Shown here one piece after another: positions 24,760 to 39,339 of a stretch of 53,899 nt of DNA. Numbering within the stretch: position 1 is the stretch's first letter; each line of letters opens with the position of its first letter. The notes under the pieces were generated by a model. The model saw only the letters and a list, made by a program, of their open reading frames with translations. It did no database searches and was not told the DNA's origin. The DNA is taken from positions 21,959 to 75,857 of the forward strand of contig MU057444.1 in assembly GCA_013265495.1 (NCBI GenBank). Reading direction: 5' to 3'. The position numbers and the translations under genes are program-made. The DNA comes from Vicugna vicugna (taxonomy: Eukaryota).

Positions 24760-27700
24760 TTTTATTTTTAAATGAAGTACAGTAGATGTACTATATTTTG
24801 TAGTTTCAGATGTACATCATAGAGATTCCAATCACTTTGTGGATTATATTGCATTATAAATTATTACAATACTTTTAACATTCAATTATTAAAAGTTATT
24901 GTGCATAATTCCCTGATCTATACAGATTATCCTTGTTGCTTCTCTCCTTTATGTATACTACATTCTATCTCTCAATATCGCACCTTAAAATTGTCCTTCC
25001 CTTCCACTTTTGTAAGCATAAATTTTTTTCCATATCTTTAAGTCTGTTTCAGACTTGCCTATCTAATCTCTCTATCTCTCTACCATGTCTCTATCAATCA
25101 ATCAATCTATCTGTCTATCTATCTATCTACCATGTATCTATGTATCTATCCTATTTATCTGTCATCTATCAATAAATAGCTATAGATAGATGTACATGGA
25201 TATTTGTTATTCTATAGATTCCACATATAAATTATATTATATACTTCTGTCTTTCTCTAAGTTTCTTCTCTAAGCACAATATTTACTAGGTCTATTCAGG
25301 ATGCTGAAATAGCAATGGGTTATACTTTTTCATGGCTGACTAATATTCCATTGCATATTTATAGAATCATCATATTTTCTTTGATCCATACTCTACTGTG
25401 GACTCTTGGATTGCTTCCCAGGCTTGCATGTAATTAACAGTGCTGTTGTTGACTTAGGTTCTTCACAATTTAGGGTATTATCCCCATATTTTTCCTAGGA
25501 GAGGTATTACTGTTTCATATGTTAGTTCTGTTTTAGGTTTTAAAGAAATCTGAATACTCTTTTCCATAGAAGCTATACCAATTTACATTCCAAACAAGTG
25601 TAAAAAAGATTTTTTACATTCACATCATCTCCAACACTTTCCATTAGTAGATATTTTTATAATAGCCATTTGAACATTGTGAAGTGATACCTCATTGTGG
25701 TTTTGATTTACAACTACCTAATAATTAGTAATTTTGAGCAATTTTATCACCTGCACGTTACTCATCTGTAAATTTTCTTTGGAAAAAAACTGTCTCAGTT
25801 ACTCTGCTTTTGTTTTTGATTGGGTTTTTGCTTTTCACATTGAGTTGTATAACCTAAATCCATGTTACGTCTATTAACCTACATCTATTAAACCCTGGTC
25901 ACTTGTATTGTTTGCCAATATGTTCTCAAATTACACAGGCAGTGTTTTCATTTCATTGATTGTGTCCTTAACTGTGCAGAAGTTTTCAAGTTTGTTTAGA
26001 TCTCACTTGCTTATTTTTGCTTTTATTTCTTTTGCATTTGGAGACAGATATAAGAAAATATTCCTATGATATATATCCAATAGTGTATCACCTATATTCC
26101 CTTCTAGCAGTTTTAAAGTATCAGGACTTACATTTAGGTCCTTAATACACTCGGTGTTTATTTTTGAATATGATGTCAGGGAATGCTCTCATTTCACTGT
26201 TTTACATGTAGATGTACAGCTTTCCCAACATCACCCATTGTCGGACTGTCTTTTCTCCATTATGTACTTTTGCCTCTTTTATCATAGATTCATTGCTCAT
26301 AGGTGTGTGGAATTGTTTTTAAGCTCTATGTTTTTATTGATTATATCTATGTGCCAATGCCATGCTGTTTTTATTACTGTAGCTTTGTAGTATAGTAAGG
26401 TATCTTGGAGGTTTATATCTCCAGATTTATTGTTTTTTCTCAAGATCATTTTGGCAATTTTTAATGGTTTCATGTAAAACTTAGAGTTATTTCTTTCTGC
26501 TTCTGTGGAAAATTCTAAAACTTCGTATCAGGAATTGCACAAAATCTGTAGGTTTCTTTGTGTAGTACGGCCATGTTAACAATATGAACTCTTTCAATTC
26601 AAGAGCACAAGACATCTTTCCATTTCTTTGAATCATTTTTAAATACTTTGTCAATGTTTTATAATTTTCAGTGTGTAGATCTTTCACATATGTTGTTACA
26701 TTTATTCCAAGATAATCTAGGGAATGGGATTGTAAATAGTATTGCTTTCAAAGTCCATTTTAGGGTATCTCATTATTAATGTGTAGAAATACAAGAGACT
26801 TCTTTACATTAATCTTATACCCTTCCCCCTAGATGAAATTATTTATTGTTCATAGTAGTCAGTGTGGAGCCCTTAGTACTCTCTGTGTAGATTGTTATGC
26901 CATCTGTACTGGTGACAATTTTGCTTCTTTCTTTCCATTTTGTGTTTCTTTTACTTCTTTTTCTTTTCCTTTTCCTTTCTTGTATTACTATGGTACAGAA
27001 GTGGTGAGAGTAGGAGTCCTGTACTTATTGCCGAATTTACCCAGAAGGCTTTCAGCTTTTCCCCCTGAGTATTATTAATTGTTATAAATGGCCATTACTA
27101 TGCTGAGAGATATTCCCATTATACTCACTTTCATGAGAGTTCTGGTCATGAATGTATATTGAATTTTGTCAAATCCTTTTTCTGTGTGTATTGACATGGT
27201 TCTGTGAATTTTGTCCTTCCATTATTAGATATGTGTCATGCTGCTTGACTTGTTTATGTTGAACCATCCTTGTGACTCTGGAAGGAATCCAACTGATCAT
27301 CATAGATAATCCTTTCTATGTATTGCTGGATTAATTTTTTGATGTTCTTTTGAGGATTTTTGAATGTATATTCATCAAGGATATTGGCTTTTCATTTTCA
27401 TTTTTTTTGGTAGTGTCTTTGGTTTTTTTTTATCAGGGTAATGGTGGCTTCATTGAATAACTTTGGGAATTGTCCTTCCTCCTTCATTTTTTGAAATAGT
27501 TGGGGAGAAAGAGGGTTTAGTGAAGGCAACCAGGCATTTTGTTTAAGGGGTGTTTTTAAAATTGTACATTTTATTTAACTTATACTGTTAGCTCTTTTCA
27601 AGCTTTCTGTTTTCTCTTTATTCAGTGTTGGTAGGCTGCACATATCTAGAAATGTTACCATTAAATTTAGGTCATCCTATTTGTTGTCACGTAACTGCTC

Positions 27701-28780
27701 ATAGTGCTTTCATAATCTTTTTTTGTATATCTGTAATATCAGATGTTATATCTACTATTTCATTTGTTACTTTGTTTTGGTCCACTCTGTGTATTCCTTG
27801 ATAAGCCTGGCTAAATGCTTACCAGTTTGTTAATATTTTTAAGAAAAAAAAAGGTCATGATTTTAGGAATTTTAACTTATTTAGATTTATTTTCATTTAT
27901 TTTCAAACTACTAATTAAAGGTTTCTCATTCAAATGCCTTTGGGATTTGTTCTTATTTCTAGTTATTTTGGGTGGTATAAATGATTCTTTTTGTGAGGTT
28001 TTTCTTTTTCCTTGTAGAAGGCCATAATCATTCTAAACTTCCCTCTTAGATTTGTCTTTGCTGAATCCCATACATTTTATGAAGCTGTGTTTTCATTGTA
28101 CTTTGTCTCTAGGTATGATTTTATTCCATCTTTAATTTCATCATTGACCTTGTTTTATTTTATTTTTTTAAAGGATGTGGTTTCGTTGAATATTTGTGCT
28201 TTTTCTGTTCTTTCTAGAGTTGATGCATTGTTTCATACTTATGTGTATGGAAAAATACTTGCTGTAATCTATATTTGCTTAAAGTTCCTGAGGCACTTTT
28301 CATGACATAATTTATGGTTAATTCCATTAATAACATCCTGTGCTCACTTGAAAAGTTTATGTGTTCTGCTTTTCTGTTGCAGTGTCTAATAACCCAGTTA
28401 GTTTCTAATGATCTAATATATTATTAAGACCTCTATTTCCTTACAGATATTCTTTCTGGATGATCTGACTATCAGAATAGTGAGGTGTTAAATTCATTTA
28501 CTATTATTCTTTAATAATCAATTAATTCCTTTATGTCTACTAATATTTCTTTTTATACTTAGGATCTACGGTATTGGGTCCATATATAATTTAATGAATT
28601 TAATAACCTATTTTAATATGGATCTCTTTACCTTTATATCATCTCATATGTATCTTTCATTGTGGCCCTTATTTTGAAACATATGTTGTATGAGTCGAGC
28701 ATTGCAATCTGCACTTTCTTATCATTTCCATGAAGTATCTCTTCCAGCAACTCCCACTCTGTGTTTATCTTCCACCATAA
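24760..28780 (-). mobile_element. 5'-truncated L1 (3'UTR to endonuclease region)
   Basis: T-rich tail at ~24760 and minus-strand ORF2 remnants such as MKDLHTENYKTL and KKVQIAML-like endonuclease sequence. Confidence 0.9.
25060..25172. repeat. Imperfect (TCTA)n/(GATA)n microsatellite
   Basis: ctatctaatctctctatc...ctatctgtctatctatctatctac... Confidence 0.85.
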
Positions 28781-28794
28781 AGTGAGACTTTTTC

Positions 28795-31700
28795 GGGGTT
28801 GAGGCCAAGATGGTGGAGTAGAAGGATGCTCGATACTCACCCTTTTCCACAAATGCACTGAGACTCACATCCACAGACCCACTCAGCTAACCAGAGAACA
28901 TGCAGAACTCTGACAGAACATTGTCCTCTTCAATAGGTTAAGATGCGTAAAATCTGGTAGGAGAAAAGGAAGTAAGACAGAACAAAAGGCAAAACAGAGT
29001 GGGACAGGTCCCACAGGGAGGGAGCTGCAAAGATGGACTGGCGCTCATTCACTAGGTCTCCCCTCTCCAACTGAGAGTTTGGCAGGACGGAGGGGGAGCC
29101 TCCAAGGCTTGGATCTGTACAGAGTATAAGTTGACTGACAGAACTACATTAAACAGTCACAGACACACACCCCAAAATGCAACCCAGAAGCTGGGGGCAG
29201 GGCCATGCTGCACGAGCTGGGTGGAAGATGGGAATTGCTAAACTGAGGTAGTCCTGGGGAATGGAGGGTGCTGTGTGCCATTGCTGTGGGTGTACAGGGC
29301 AGAACAACCTGGGCCCTCCATAAAACAACAGGGCAGATTTGCCCTGTGGGTGGAAGGGTGCATTTCCCATCTCTGAAAATCCACAAAAGTTTCTAGGTGA
29401 ATAGAGCTAGGGCTCAGACACAGCCACCATACCCTCTGGTGCTTTGCATCCAGGCAGCAGCAGGGGCAAAATCTGCATCCACGTCTAAGGACTTAGCAGC
29501 CTTAAGGGCCAGATGGAGACTTCTCTACAGCCTGAGACAGATAGGATCCTTCTGTCCTGGTCCCTCAGAGAACTTGCTTCACCAAGACAAACAAGGAGCT
29601 GGATTTTGGGCCAGACCAGGGACAGGGCTATTCCCCAGTCTTGCCTGAGTCCACTTCTGGTGTGCAAACCCGAGTCGGACTGTACAGTGGCACAGAGCAG
29701 CGGAGTGACTGGCACCCTGAGGGGTCAAGTTGCTCCCAAATTTTCTGCTGGAATGTAGTCCCTGACTATGGTGCTAGGAGAGGCATGCTGCCCACTCCTG
29801 CATGGTCAGCCTGCAACATCTGACTGCAGCATCAAGCAGGGCAGTGACAAGCCAGCCTAGTGTAAATAGATCTGCTCCGGATGCAGTGTTTGGGGCAGGA
29901 GTGATCTGTTGCTGACAGGCACTGGGAGCAGCGCAGTTGAGGGCTTCAATGGAGGGCCTCTGAAAACAGGAAGATGAGCTTCCAAAACAGGATGAATACA
30001 GAAAGACTTCACATTAAATGTACACAGTGTCCAGGAGGACAAAGACCACCCACCCTTGTTTTGTTTTTACCTGTTCCACTTTCTCTTACCCTAAAATTTT
30101 TACTTCTTAGGCAATTATATGTACCCCTAGTTTCATCCCTTAGAAATATTTTAAATATATTTTTATTAATATTATTTTTCAAAACTCTGCTTCAACTTGC
30201 TCTTCAATTATGAATTATACAATATCTTCAAACACTTATTTCCCCCTTCTTTAAAATTCTTTGTCTCTCTCTCTCATTTTTCTCTTTTCTAAGTTGTATT
30301 ACTACATAGACACTATGTAGAGAAACTCCTTTAGGATCACAGTAGATAACTGATACTCCATAAACCACAGTGCCAGAGAGGAAGGAGCAAGATGAAGAAG
30401 CAGAGAAACCATTCCCAATTAAAAGAACAAGAGAAATCCTCTGAAAGAATGATTAGTGAAATAGAAATCAATATCCTACTTGATCAAGATTTTAAAAAAG
30501 TAATGATCAAATTACTGAAGGAAATAAAAGATAGTGTTTAGAGATATAAATATGTTAAAAATGAAATGGAAGCTATAAAGAAGAGCCGAGTACAATAGGT
30601 AAACTCATTGACTTAGATAAGGAATGATCTAAAGGCTTCGCAAAGCTGACTAGATAATACAGAGGAATGAATTAGTGACTCAGAAGACAGTACAATAGAA
30701 ATCACCCAATCAGAAGAGCTACAAGAGAAACAGCAAGAAACAAATGAGTAAAGCATAAGGGACCTATAGGATAATAGAAGGCATGCCAAACTTGGCATGA
30801 TAGAATTTCCAGAAAGGGAGGAATGATCAAAGGGGATTGCAAAGGTGTTTGAAGAAATCATGACTGAGANNNNNNNNNNNNNNNNNNNNNNNNNNNNNNN
30901 NNNNNNNNNNNNNNNNNNNNNNNNNNNNNNNNNNACTTTGACCAGCAATGCAATTCTTTTTGGTAGAAGTAGAAATAAAGGACTTCACAGATAAGAAAAA
31001 GCTTCAAGAGTTTAGCAACACTAGACCCATGCTAAAATAATTATTGAAAAGTCTTCTCTAAAAAGAAAAGCAGCAGGATGCAACAGAAATGTGATACTCA
31101 CAGCTGGAAAGGTGATAATTCATGAATGACAAATAAAATAAACACAAAATTTTAAAAGAAGTCATACAAATCATTGAGAGTGGAAGGGGGATGCAGGGAA
31201 ATACAAAATTTTTTTTTTTGGTCTTTCATTTTAAATTTTTTGTTCTCAGATATGATAGGTGTGAGATAATCTAACTATCCGTTTAATAAAAGCAGTTATG
31301 GTAATGGTCTAATGGGCTTCTAAAAAAGGGTAACAAGAAGACAAAAACTTATTCGGGAGTCACTAAAACTAAATAAATTTCATGATAATACAAAGGAAAA
31401 TGAACAAACCATAAAAGGAAGATGAAAGGAACAAAGAGGAAATATCAAATCAACTGTAAAGATAAGGTCAAAATGGCAGTAAACACAAGCCTATCATCAA
31501 TTAATTTAAATGTTAATGGACTAAATGCTCCAGTCGAAAGTCATAGAGTGGCAGGCTGTATAATAAAGCAAGAACCTTCAATATGTTGCATACAAGAGAC
31601 CCACTTCAGAGAGTAGGACAGATATAGATTGAGAATGAAAGGATGGAAAGGGTATTCCATACAATTGGAAAAGCCAAAAAACAGTTGTTGCATTACTGAT

Positions 31701-34700
31701 TTCAGACAAAATACTCTTTAAAACAAAGGTCATAAAGAAAGATAAAGAAGGACATTTTATAATGATTGAAGGAGTGATACAATATGAGAGTAGCCCACTC
31801 GTTAATACATACGCACTAAATACAGGAGCACCTAAGTACATAAAATAATTACTAACAGATATAAAGGGGGATTCATATTTGGAGATTTGAACAATGCGTT
31901 AACATCACTGAACAGATCATCAGGACAGAAAATAAATTAGGCAACAGAAAAATTATACAATACAATAGAAATATTACACTTGGTGGATATTTTCAGAGCA
32001 TTGCACCCCCCACAAAATAGTATATACATTCTTTCCAAGTGCACATGGGAAATTTACCAGGTTTCATGATATAGTTGGGCAAAAAAGAAACCTCAGCTAT
32101 TTTAAGAAGTTAGAAATTACCTCAAGAACCTTTACTGACCACAGTACCATGAAGCTAGAAATCAACAAAAGAGAAACAAAGGAGAACAAAAGGAAAACAT
32201 GGAGATTAAAATATATGTTATTAAAAAACAAACGGGTCAATGAAGAAATCATAGCTGAAATGGAAAATTACCTTGAGACAAAAGAACATGAATGCAAATT
32301 GAAACAAAATTTATGGGACACATCAAAAGCAGTGCTGAGAGGGAAGAAATCATCAATAATGGGGAGGAAATAAATAAAATAGATATTTAAAAGACCATAG
32401 GAAAAAAGTCAACCAATCCAAAAGCTAGTTTTTCCAAAAATTAAGTAAAATCAACAAACCTCTGGCCAAACTCAAAAAGAAGAAAAGAGAGAGAGCACAA
32501 ATTAGCAAAATAAGAAAGGAGAATGGAGAAATTACAAGAGAAAAATAGAAAAACAGAATATCATACGAGAATGTTATGAAGAGTATATGGAACAAAACAG
32601 TATAACCTAGAAAAGATGGACAAGTTTCTGGAAACATAATGTCCACCAAGAATGTATCAAGATGAAACTGACCCCTTGAACAAATAGAGCACTAGAAATG
32701 ATCAAAATAGCAATATAAAACCTCCCTACAAATACCAGTCCAGGACTGGACAGATTCACAGCGGAATTCTACCAAACAAACAAAGAAAAACTCATACCAG
32801 TCCTTCTGAAACTCTTCCAGAAGTTTGAAAATGAAGGAATACTCCCAAAGACATTCTATGAAGCCACAATCACCCTAATATCACAACCAGGCAAAGACAC
32901 TACCAAATAAGAGGATTATAGGCCAATAACATTGATGAACACAGATGCAAATATTCTCACCAAAATAGTAGCAAATAGAATCCAACAACAGAGAAGAAAG
33001 ATTATATATCATGACAAAGAGGGGATCAAACTAGGGACACAGGGGTGGTTCAACTTATGCAAATCAATCAATGTAATACAGCACATAAACAAGAGGAAGG
33101 ACCAAAACCACATGATCATCTCAATAGATGCAGGAAAAACCTTTGAAAAATTCAACACCCATGTATGATAAAAATTCTGACCAAAGTGGGCATAGAAGGA
33201 ATATATCTCAGCAAACAAACCTGCAGCCAGCATAGTACTCAAAGGTGAGAGAGTCAAATTCTTCCTACTAAAATCTGGGACAGTAAAAGGATGCACACCA
33301 TCATGACTCCTACTCAAGATAGTCTTGGAAGTCCAAGCCACAGCAATCAAACAAGAGAGAGAAGTAAAAGGGATGATATGCAGAAAATATGTTACTATAT
33401 ATGGAAAACCCTGCAAGATCCAGATAAAAACTACTAAAGCTGATCAAAGAATTCAGCAAGGTAGCAGGTTACAATATTAAGATTCAAAAATCAGTGACAT
33501 TTCTTTATGTTAACGATTCAGATAATACTATAGAGCTACAGTCAAAATGACAGCACTGAATCGGTAGGAAAACATACATATAGGCCAATGGAACAGAATA
33601 GAGAGCCTAGAAATGAACCCACAAACTTTTGGTGAATTAATCTTCAACAAAGGGGGCAAGAAAATACAATGGAAGAGAGACAGACACTTCAGCAACTGGT
33701 GTTGGGAAACCTGGACAGCAGCATGTAAATCAATGAAGCTAGAGCACTCCCAATGAAGCTAGAACACCACACACAACAATATAATCAGAATGGATCAAAG
33801 ACTTAAACATAAGTCAAGATACAATAAACCTCCAAGAGGAAAATATAGGCAAAATATTATCTGACATATGTCTCGAAATTTTCTCGTAGCAGAAATATAA
33901 GAAGGAAAAAACAAATGAGACCTAATGAAACTAACAAGCTTCTACACAGTAAAGAAACTGGAAGTAAAACAAAAGGACAATCTACAGAATGGGAAAATAA
34001 TTTGCATATGAAATCGACAAAGGCTTGATCTTCAGAGTATGTAAGCAGTGCATCCAACTGAATAAGAAAAAATAAACAACCCAATCCAAAAATGGGAAGA
34101 AAACCTAAAAAAGTGATTCTCATTGGAAGACATACAAATGATCAAAAGGCACATCAGAAAATGCTCAATATCACTGATGATCAGAGAAATGCAAATCAAA
34201 ACTATAGTGAGGTATCACCTCACACCCGTCAGAATGGCCATCATTCAAAAATCCACAAATGACAAATGCTGGAGAGGCTATGGATAAAAGGGAACCTTGC
34301 TTCACTGCTGGTGGCAATGCAGTTTGGTGAAGCCACTGTGGAAAATAGGATGGAGATTCTTCATAAGCCTAGGAGTAGACTTATCATATGCCCCAGGATT
34401 CCCGTACCTGGCCATAAATCCAGAAGGAACCATACTTCAGGATGACACCTGCACACCAATGTTCATAGCCAGAACTATTTACAATAGCCAAGACATGGAA
34501 ACAGCCTAAATATCCATCAACAGTTGACTGGATAAAAAGACAGCAACATGGATGTTCCTGGAGATAATCAGTCTACGTGAAGAAAGCCAGAAAGAGAAAG
34601 AAAAATACCATATGAGAAGGCTCATTTGTGGAATCTAAAAACCAAACCAAACCAAACAAAAAACTCATAAATACAAAACAGAAATAGACTCGCAGGCAGA

Positions 34701-34962
34701 GAATACAAAATTTTGGTTGCCAAGTGGGTGGGGAGTGGGAATAGATAGACTGGGACTTCAAAATTGTAAAATAGATAAACAGGACAGTACTGTATAGCAC
34801 AGGGAAATATATAAAAGATCTTAAGGCAGCTCACAGGGGAAAAAATGGTACAAGAAACGTATATAAGTTCATTGGAACTAAAAAATTGTGCTCTACAATG
34901 GAATTTGAGACACCTTTGTAAAATGATTAAAAATCCATAAAAAAAGTTAAAAAAGAAAAAAA
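28795..34962 (+). mobile_element. Near-full-length, inactivated L1 (5'UTR, ORF1 30392-31061, ORF2 from 31473, 3'UTR, poly-A)
   Basis: G-rich 5' end with YY1-type CAAGATGG (28806-28813) and a GC-richer 5'UTR. ORF1 MKKQRNHSQLKEQEKS; ORF2 MAVNTSLSSINLNVNGLNAP..CCIQETH. Many stops, and internal deletions near 32345, 33375, 33520 and 34540. Confidence 0.96.
30870..30934. other. Assembly gap (N run)
   Basis: Run of N inside L1 ORF1. Confidence 1.
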
Positions 34963-34989
34963 CATGAACCTAAATATTACATGTGTAAA

Positions 34990-37900
34990 TATAAATTAGA
35001 GAGATAAACAACTATGCAAAAGAGTAGTAAAACTTAATTTTGTTTTTGTTGTCTTTTTAAGATAAGCAAAATCAAAAATCCTCTATCCAGGTGCATCATG
35101 AAGAAAAGAGAATTGATACAAAGAAATAAAGTCAGAAATAAATATGGAGAAATAACAATTGTTCCCTCAGATATACAAAAAGGGGATCATTTTGTCAACA
35201 CTTATATGACAATGGACAACTTAGATAGACAAATGTCTAGAAAGAGACAGGGATAAGGAGAAACAAATAATTTGAACAAACTGTTTACTAGAAGAAAGAA
35301 AGAATCTGCATTTAAAAAATCGTTAAATGTTAGTGTAGATTTAAACAGCTCCCATGGAATACTGTACAAAAATTCAAAGCAGAACTTATAATCTTCAAAC
35401 TATTCAAAAATAGTGAAGATGTGGGAAACTCCCAAATTATTTCTATGAAGCTTTCATCACCCTGATAGCAAAGCCAACAAACAAAATACAGGCATATAGA
35501 TTTGATAGATTTACATGCAAAAATTCTACAAAATATTATTAGCAAACTAAATCCAGCAATACCTAAAATATATCATGCACATTGATCAACTTGGATTAAC
35601 TGCAGGGTCAGAAGAGAGGTTCAACATACACAAATCAATCAGTTTGATACACCACATTAACAAAAGAAAAAGAGAAAACTTCATGGTCATCTCAATAAAT
35701 CCATTAAAACATTTCACAAAATTCAACATTTATTCATTAAGACAGCAACAACAGCAACAACAACAACAAGAACAACAGCAACAATGACAGAAACCTCTTA
35801 GCAAAGTAGGATTCATGAAATATATATCAACATATCTAAAGTCATTCATTACAGACCCACTGACAGCATAATATGCAAAAGTGAATAACTGAATGCCAAA
35901 TTAAGGAATAAGACAAGGATGCCCACTTTCACCATTTTTATTAAACACAGTATGGGTAGTTCTAGCAACAGTAATCACACAAGAAAAAATGTTATTCAAG
36001 TTAGATTGAATGAAGTAAAACTGTTCTTATTTTAGATGACATGATAATCTATATAGTGAACCCTAAACATTCTCCACACCAAAACAACTAAAACTAATAA
36101 AGACATTTAGCATAGTAGCATGATTCAAGATTAATATACAAAAACTGTCACATTTTTTACACAAACAATGAAATATAAGATTATTTTCTAAGATCCATAA
36201 GAAATCAGATCAAAAAATGAAAAACCTATGAAAAAACCAACATAATAAAATGAATAGGACACTGATAAAGAAATTTGAAGATGATGCAAGGAAATGGAAG
36301 TAAATCTCAAGGTCTTTGCTTAGAGGAATTAATATTGTTAAAATATACATACTACAAAAGATGTCTACAGATATAAATTGATTCAGATTGAAATACATGA
36401 TATTTTCCACAGAACTAAAAACACTCCTATGATTTGTATGGAACTGCAAAAGAACCAGAACTGCAAAAGGAACAATGAGGAAAAAGAACAAAGTTGGAGG
36501 CATAACTTATAACCATCCCAGTTCTCAGACTATATTACAATAATACCGTAATCAAAACAGCACAATGCTGGAAAAGAACCAAACAACTATATAACTTGAA
36601 TGTAACACAGAGGCAGTAATAAAACATCACACTTATGGTTAACAAAACTATGACAAAGGAAACAAAAATATACAATGCTGAAAAGACAGTCTTCAGCAAG
36701 AGATGTTGAGAAAGCTAAACAGCTACATGTAAATCAATGAAATTAGAACACTCCATCACACTGTACAAAAATGAACTCAAAATGATTTAAATATCTGAAT
36801 ATAATACATGACACAATAAAAAATCCTGGAAACTAACATAAGCAAAACAAGAGATAAATTGTAGCAAAATTTTCTTATGTCTGTCTCCCAAGATGAAAAC
36901 AATAAAAACAAAATAAACAAATAGGTCCTAATTAAATATAAAAGCTTCTACACAGCAAAATAACAAAATGAAATGATGAAATTCCAAATGAGGAAACAAT
37001 GCATCAACAAGAGGCTAATTTCTAAAATACACACATCGTTCATAAAACTCCATTTCAAAAAACTACAAACAACTCAGAGGGAAAATGAGCCGATGACAAT
37101 TCTCTAAAGAAGACACACAGATGACAAACAGAAAAAGAAAAACATGCTCACATTGCTAATCATTATACAAAGGCAACACAAAAATAAAATAATGTTTTAC
37201 TTCACACTATTGAGAAGGACTGTCATTCAAATGTCTACAAATAATAAAGAATGGGTGGTTGTGGAGAAAATGGGACTCTCCAACGCTGCTGGTGAGAATG
37301 AAAATTGGTGAAACCACTTTGGATCCAGTATGGAAATTCCTTCAAATAATATAATAAGACCTTTCATATGACCCAGCAGTACCACTCCTGGACATATAAA
37401 ACATAAATCCTGAAAACAAGGAATCCTAGAGTAAAACATAAGAAGTACACTCTGACATTGGACTTAAAATGATTCTTCATATGACTCCTCTGAGAAGGGA
37501 AGCAGAAACAAAACTAACAAAATATGATTGCATCACTCTAAAGAGATTTACACTGCTGAAGAAATGATCAATAAAATGAAAAGTCAACAAACACAATGGG
37601 AGAATATATTTGTAAGTTATATTTTCGAATATAGTGTTAATATCCAAAATATATGGCAAACTCTTTCCCCACAACAACAACAAAAAAAACCAAATAATCC
37701 AATTAAAAAAAAATCCAAAGGAACTGAAAAGATAGATCTGAATCAATTTTCTGTAGAAAACATACAGTTGGCTAAATGACACATGAAAATATGTTCAGAG
37801 TTATAAATTATTAGGAAAGTCATAAACCAAAAATGAGACAAGACTTCACAATTGTCAGAAGGCTCTCATAAAATAGAAAACAAATAGATATTGGTGAGAT

Positions 37901-37990
37901 TGTGGAGAAAAAAGAAAAGCGTGGACATTGTTGATAGGAATGCAAAGTATTGATTCCATTGCATATATACATCAAATTTTCTTCATCCAG
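34990..37990 (+). mobile_element. Degenerate L1 ORF2 fragments (paralogue of 1033-3850)
   Basis: ORF2 motifs (FNIHKSISLIHHINKRK; INKMKSQQTQWENIF), colinear with copy A. Confidence 0.9.
35742..35784. repeat. (CAA/CAG)n trinucleotide microsatellite inside L1
   Basis: acagcaacaacagcaacaacaacaacaagaacaacagcaacaa; a degenerate counterpart lies at ~1588-1635. Confidence 0.85.
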
Positions 37991-37995
37991 TTTTC

Positions 37996-38480
37996 TGTCA
38001 AGGGATTTTGGGTTCGTAGGCCCCTGTCTGAAGGCTCTAGAGATTAAGCCCATGGGCTGAACTGATAAACAAGCTGTGAGGAATGTCGCATATCCAGGCT
38101 GGATAAGAAATGGCCTACTCAATGTATCCAGTATGAATGGCTGGATATCATATTCTGGGTAAGATTCTCAGAGGAGGACAACCTAAGACAGGCACAGCTG
38201 GCTGGATAAGAGATGGCCTACTTAATGTAGTTCCATGATGAACTTTAAAACAATCCTGGATCAATTAACATCCTGTGCTTACTGCAGGAGCTTGGGGACA
38301 TAAATAGCTTAATATTATTATCATTCTTATAACTTAGATGATATGTGAGGCATTGTGCATGTCCTATATTAAGCCTTCTTCTAAGAATCAGTAAACAGAG
38401 AACTGCTTCGTTTCTCTCCACACAGTGTTTGTGTGTTTATGATATCTTGCCACTGACAGGGTTAATTTAATTTGATGGAA
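37996..38480 (+). mobile_element. ERV solo LTR (paralogue of 3857-4345)
   Basis: About 90% identical to copy A over the first ~305 bp. TATA and AATAAA are mutated (TATATTAA, AGTAAA). Confidence 0.7.
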
Positions 38481-38489
38481 TTAAGTTAA

Positions 38490-39300
38490 AATTATGTTGC
38501 ATTATATACAATACACTTTCTGCACTTATTGAGAAGATTATGTGAGTTTTACTTCTCATTCTATTAGTGTGGCATTTTACCTTTATTGATTTGAATATTT
38601 TGAAGTATCCTTAAATCCAGGGATTAATCCCTTTACTCATGTATGTGTATTATATTTTAAATGTGATGTTGAATTCATTTTGCTTGAGTTTTGTTGAGAA
38701 TTTTGGCACATATGTACATCAGGTATAATATTCAATATTTTGCATATAATGTCCTTTCTATCATTGTTATGCAAATAAATCTGGCTTCATAAAACATGTT
38801 TGGAATCTTTCAGACCCTTCAGCTTCTTGGAAGATTTGGGGAAGAAATGGTAAAAAAATTTTTTTGAAGTGTATGAAATAATTCACCAGTAAATTCGTCA
38901 TGAAAATATTTTCTGGTTTGGGAAGTTTGGATTATTATTTACTCCTTCACACTTTTGCTCTATTTAACTTTCATATTTCTTCTTGATTCAATATTGGAAG
39001 ACATATGTTACTGGGAATTTGTCTTTTGTTCTAAGTCATTCAAATCGTTGTCTACTGGTAATTTCTTATGATGCTTTGCATCTCTAAAACATCGGTGGTA
39101 ATATCTTCTCTTTTATTTCTAATTTTATTTGAGTCTTTATTTTCTTAGCCAACCTAAACGTTTGTTCACTTTATGTTTAAAAGAAACAGACTTTGGTATT
39201 TTTTTTTATCTTTTCAATTGTTTCTCTTGTTATTTGCCTTACTATCATTCACTCAATTCTCTTCTTTATTCTTTCTGTTTTCCCCTAGAATTTGTGGTGA
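38490..39300 (-). mobile_element. Old L1 ORF2 fragment (paralogue of 4350-5160)
   Basis: Colinear with copy A. Confidence 0.85.
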
Positions 39301-39339
39301 AAAGTTAAGTAGTGTGAATCTTTGTATTTCATTTATTAC

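Noticed and set aside
28795..34962. Possibly active L1
   Set aside because: Both ORFs have numerous stops, frameshifts and several internal deletions.
35575..35787. Poly-glutamine ORF
   Set aside because: A CAA/CAG microsatellite inside a decayed L1 ORF2, not a gene.
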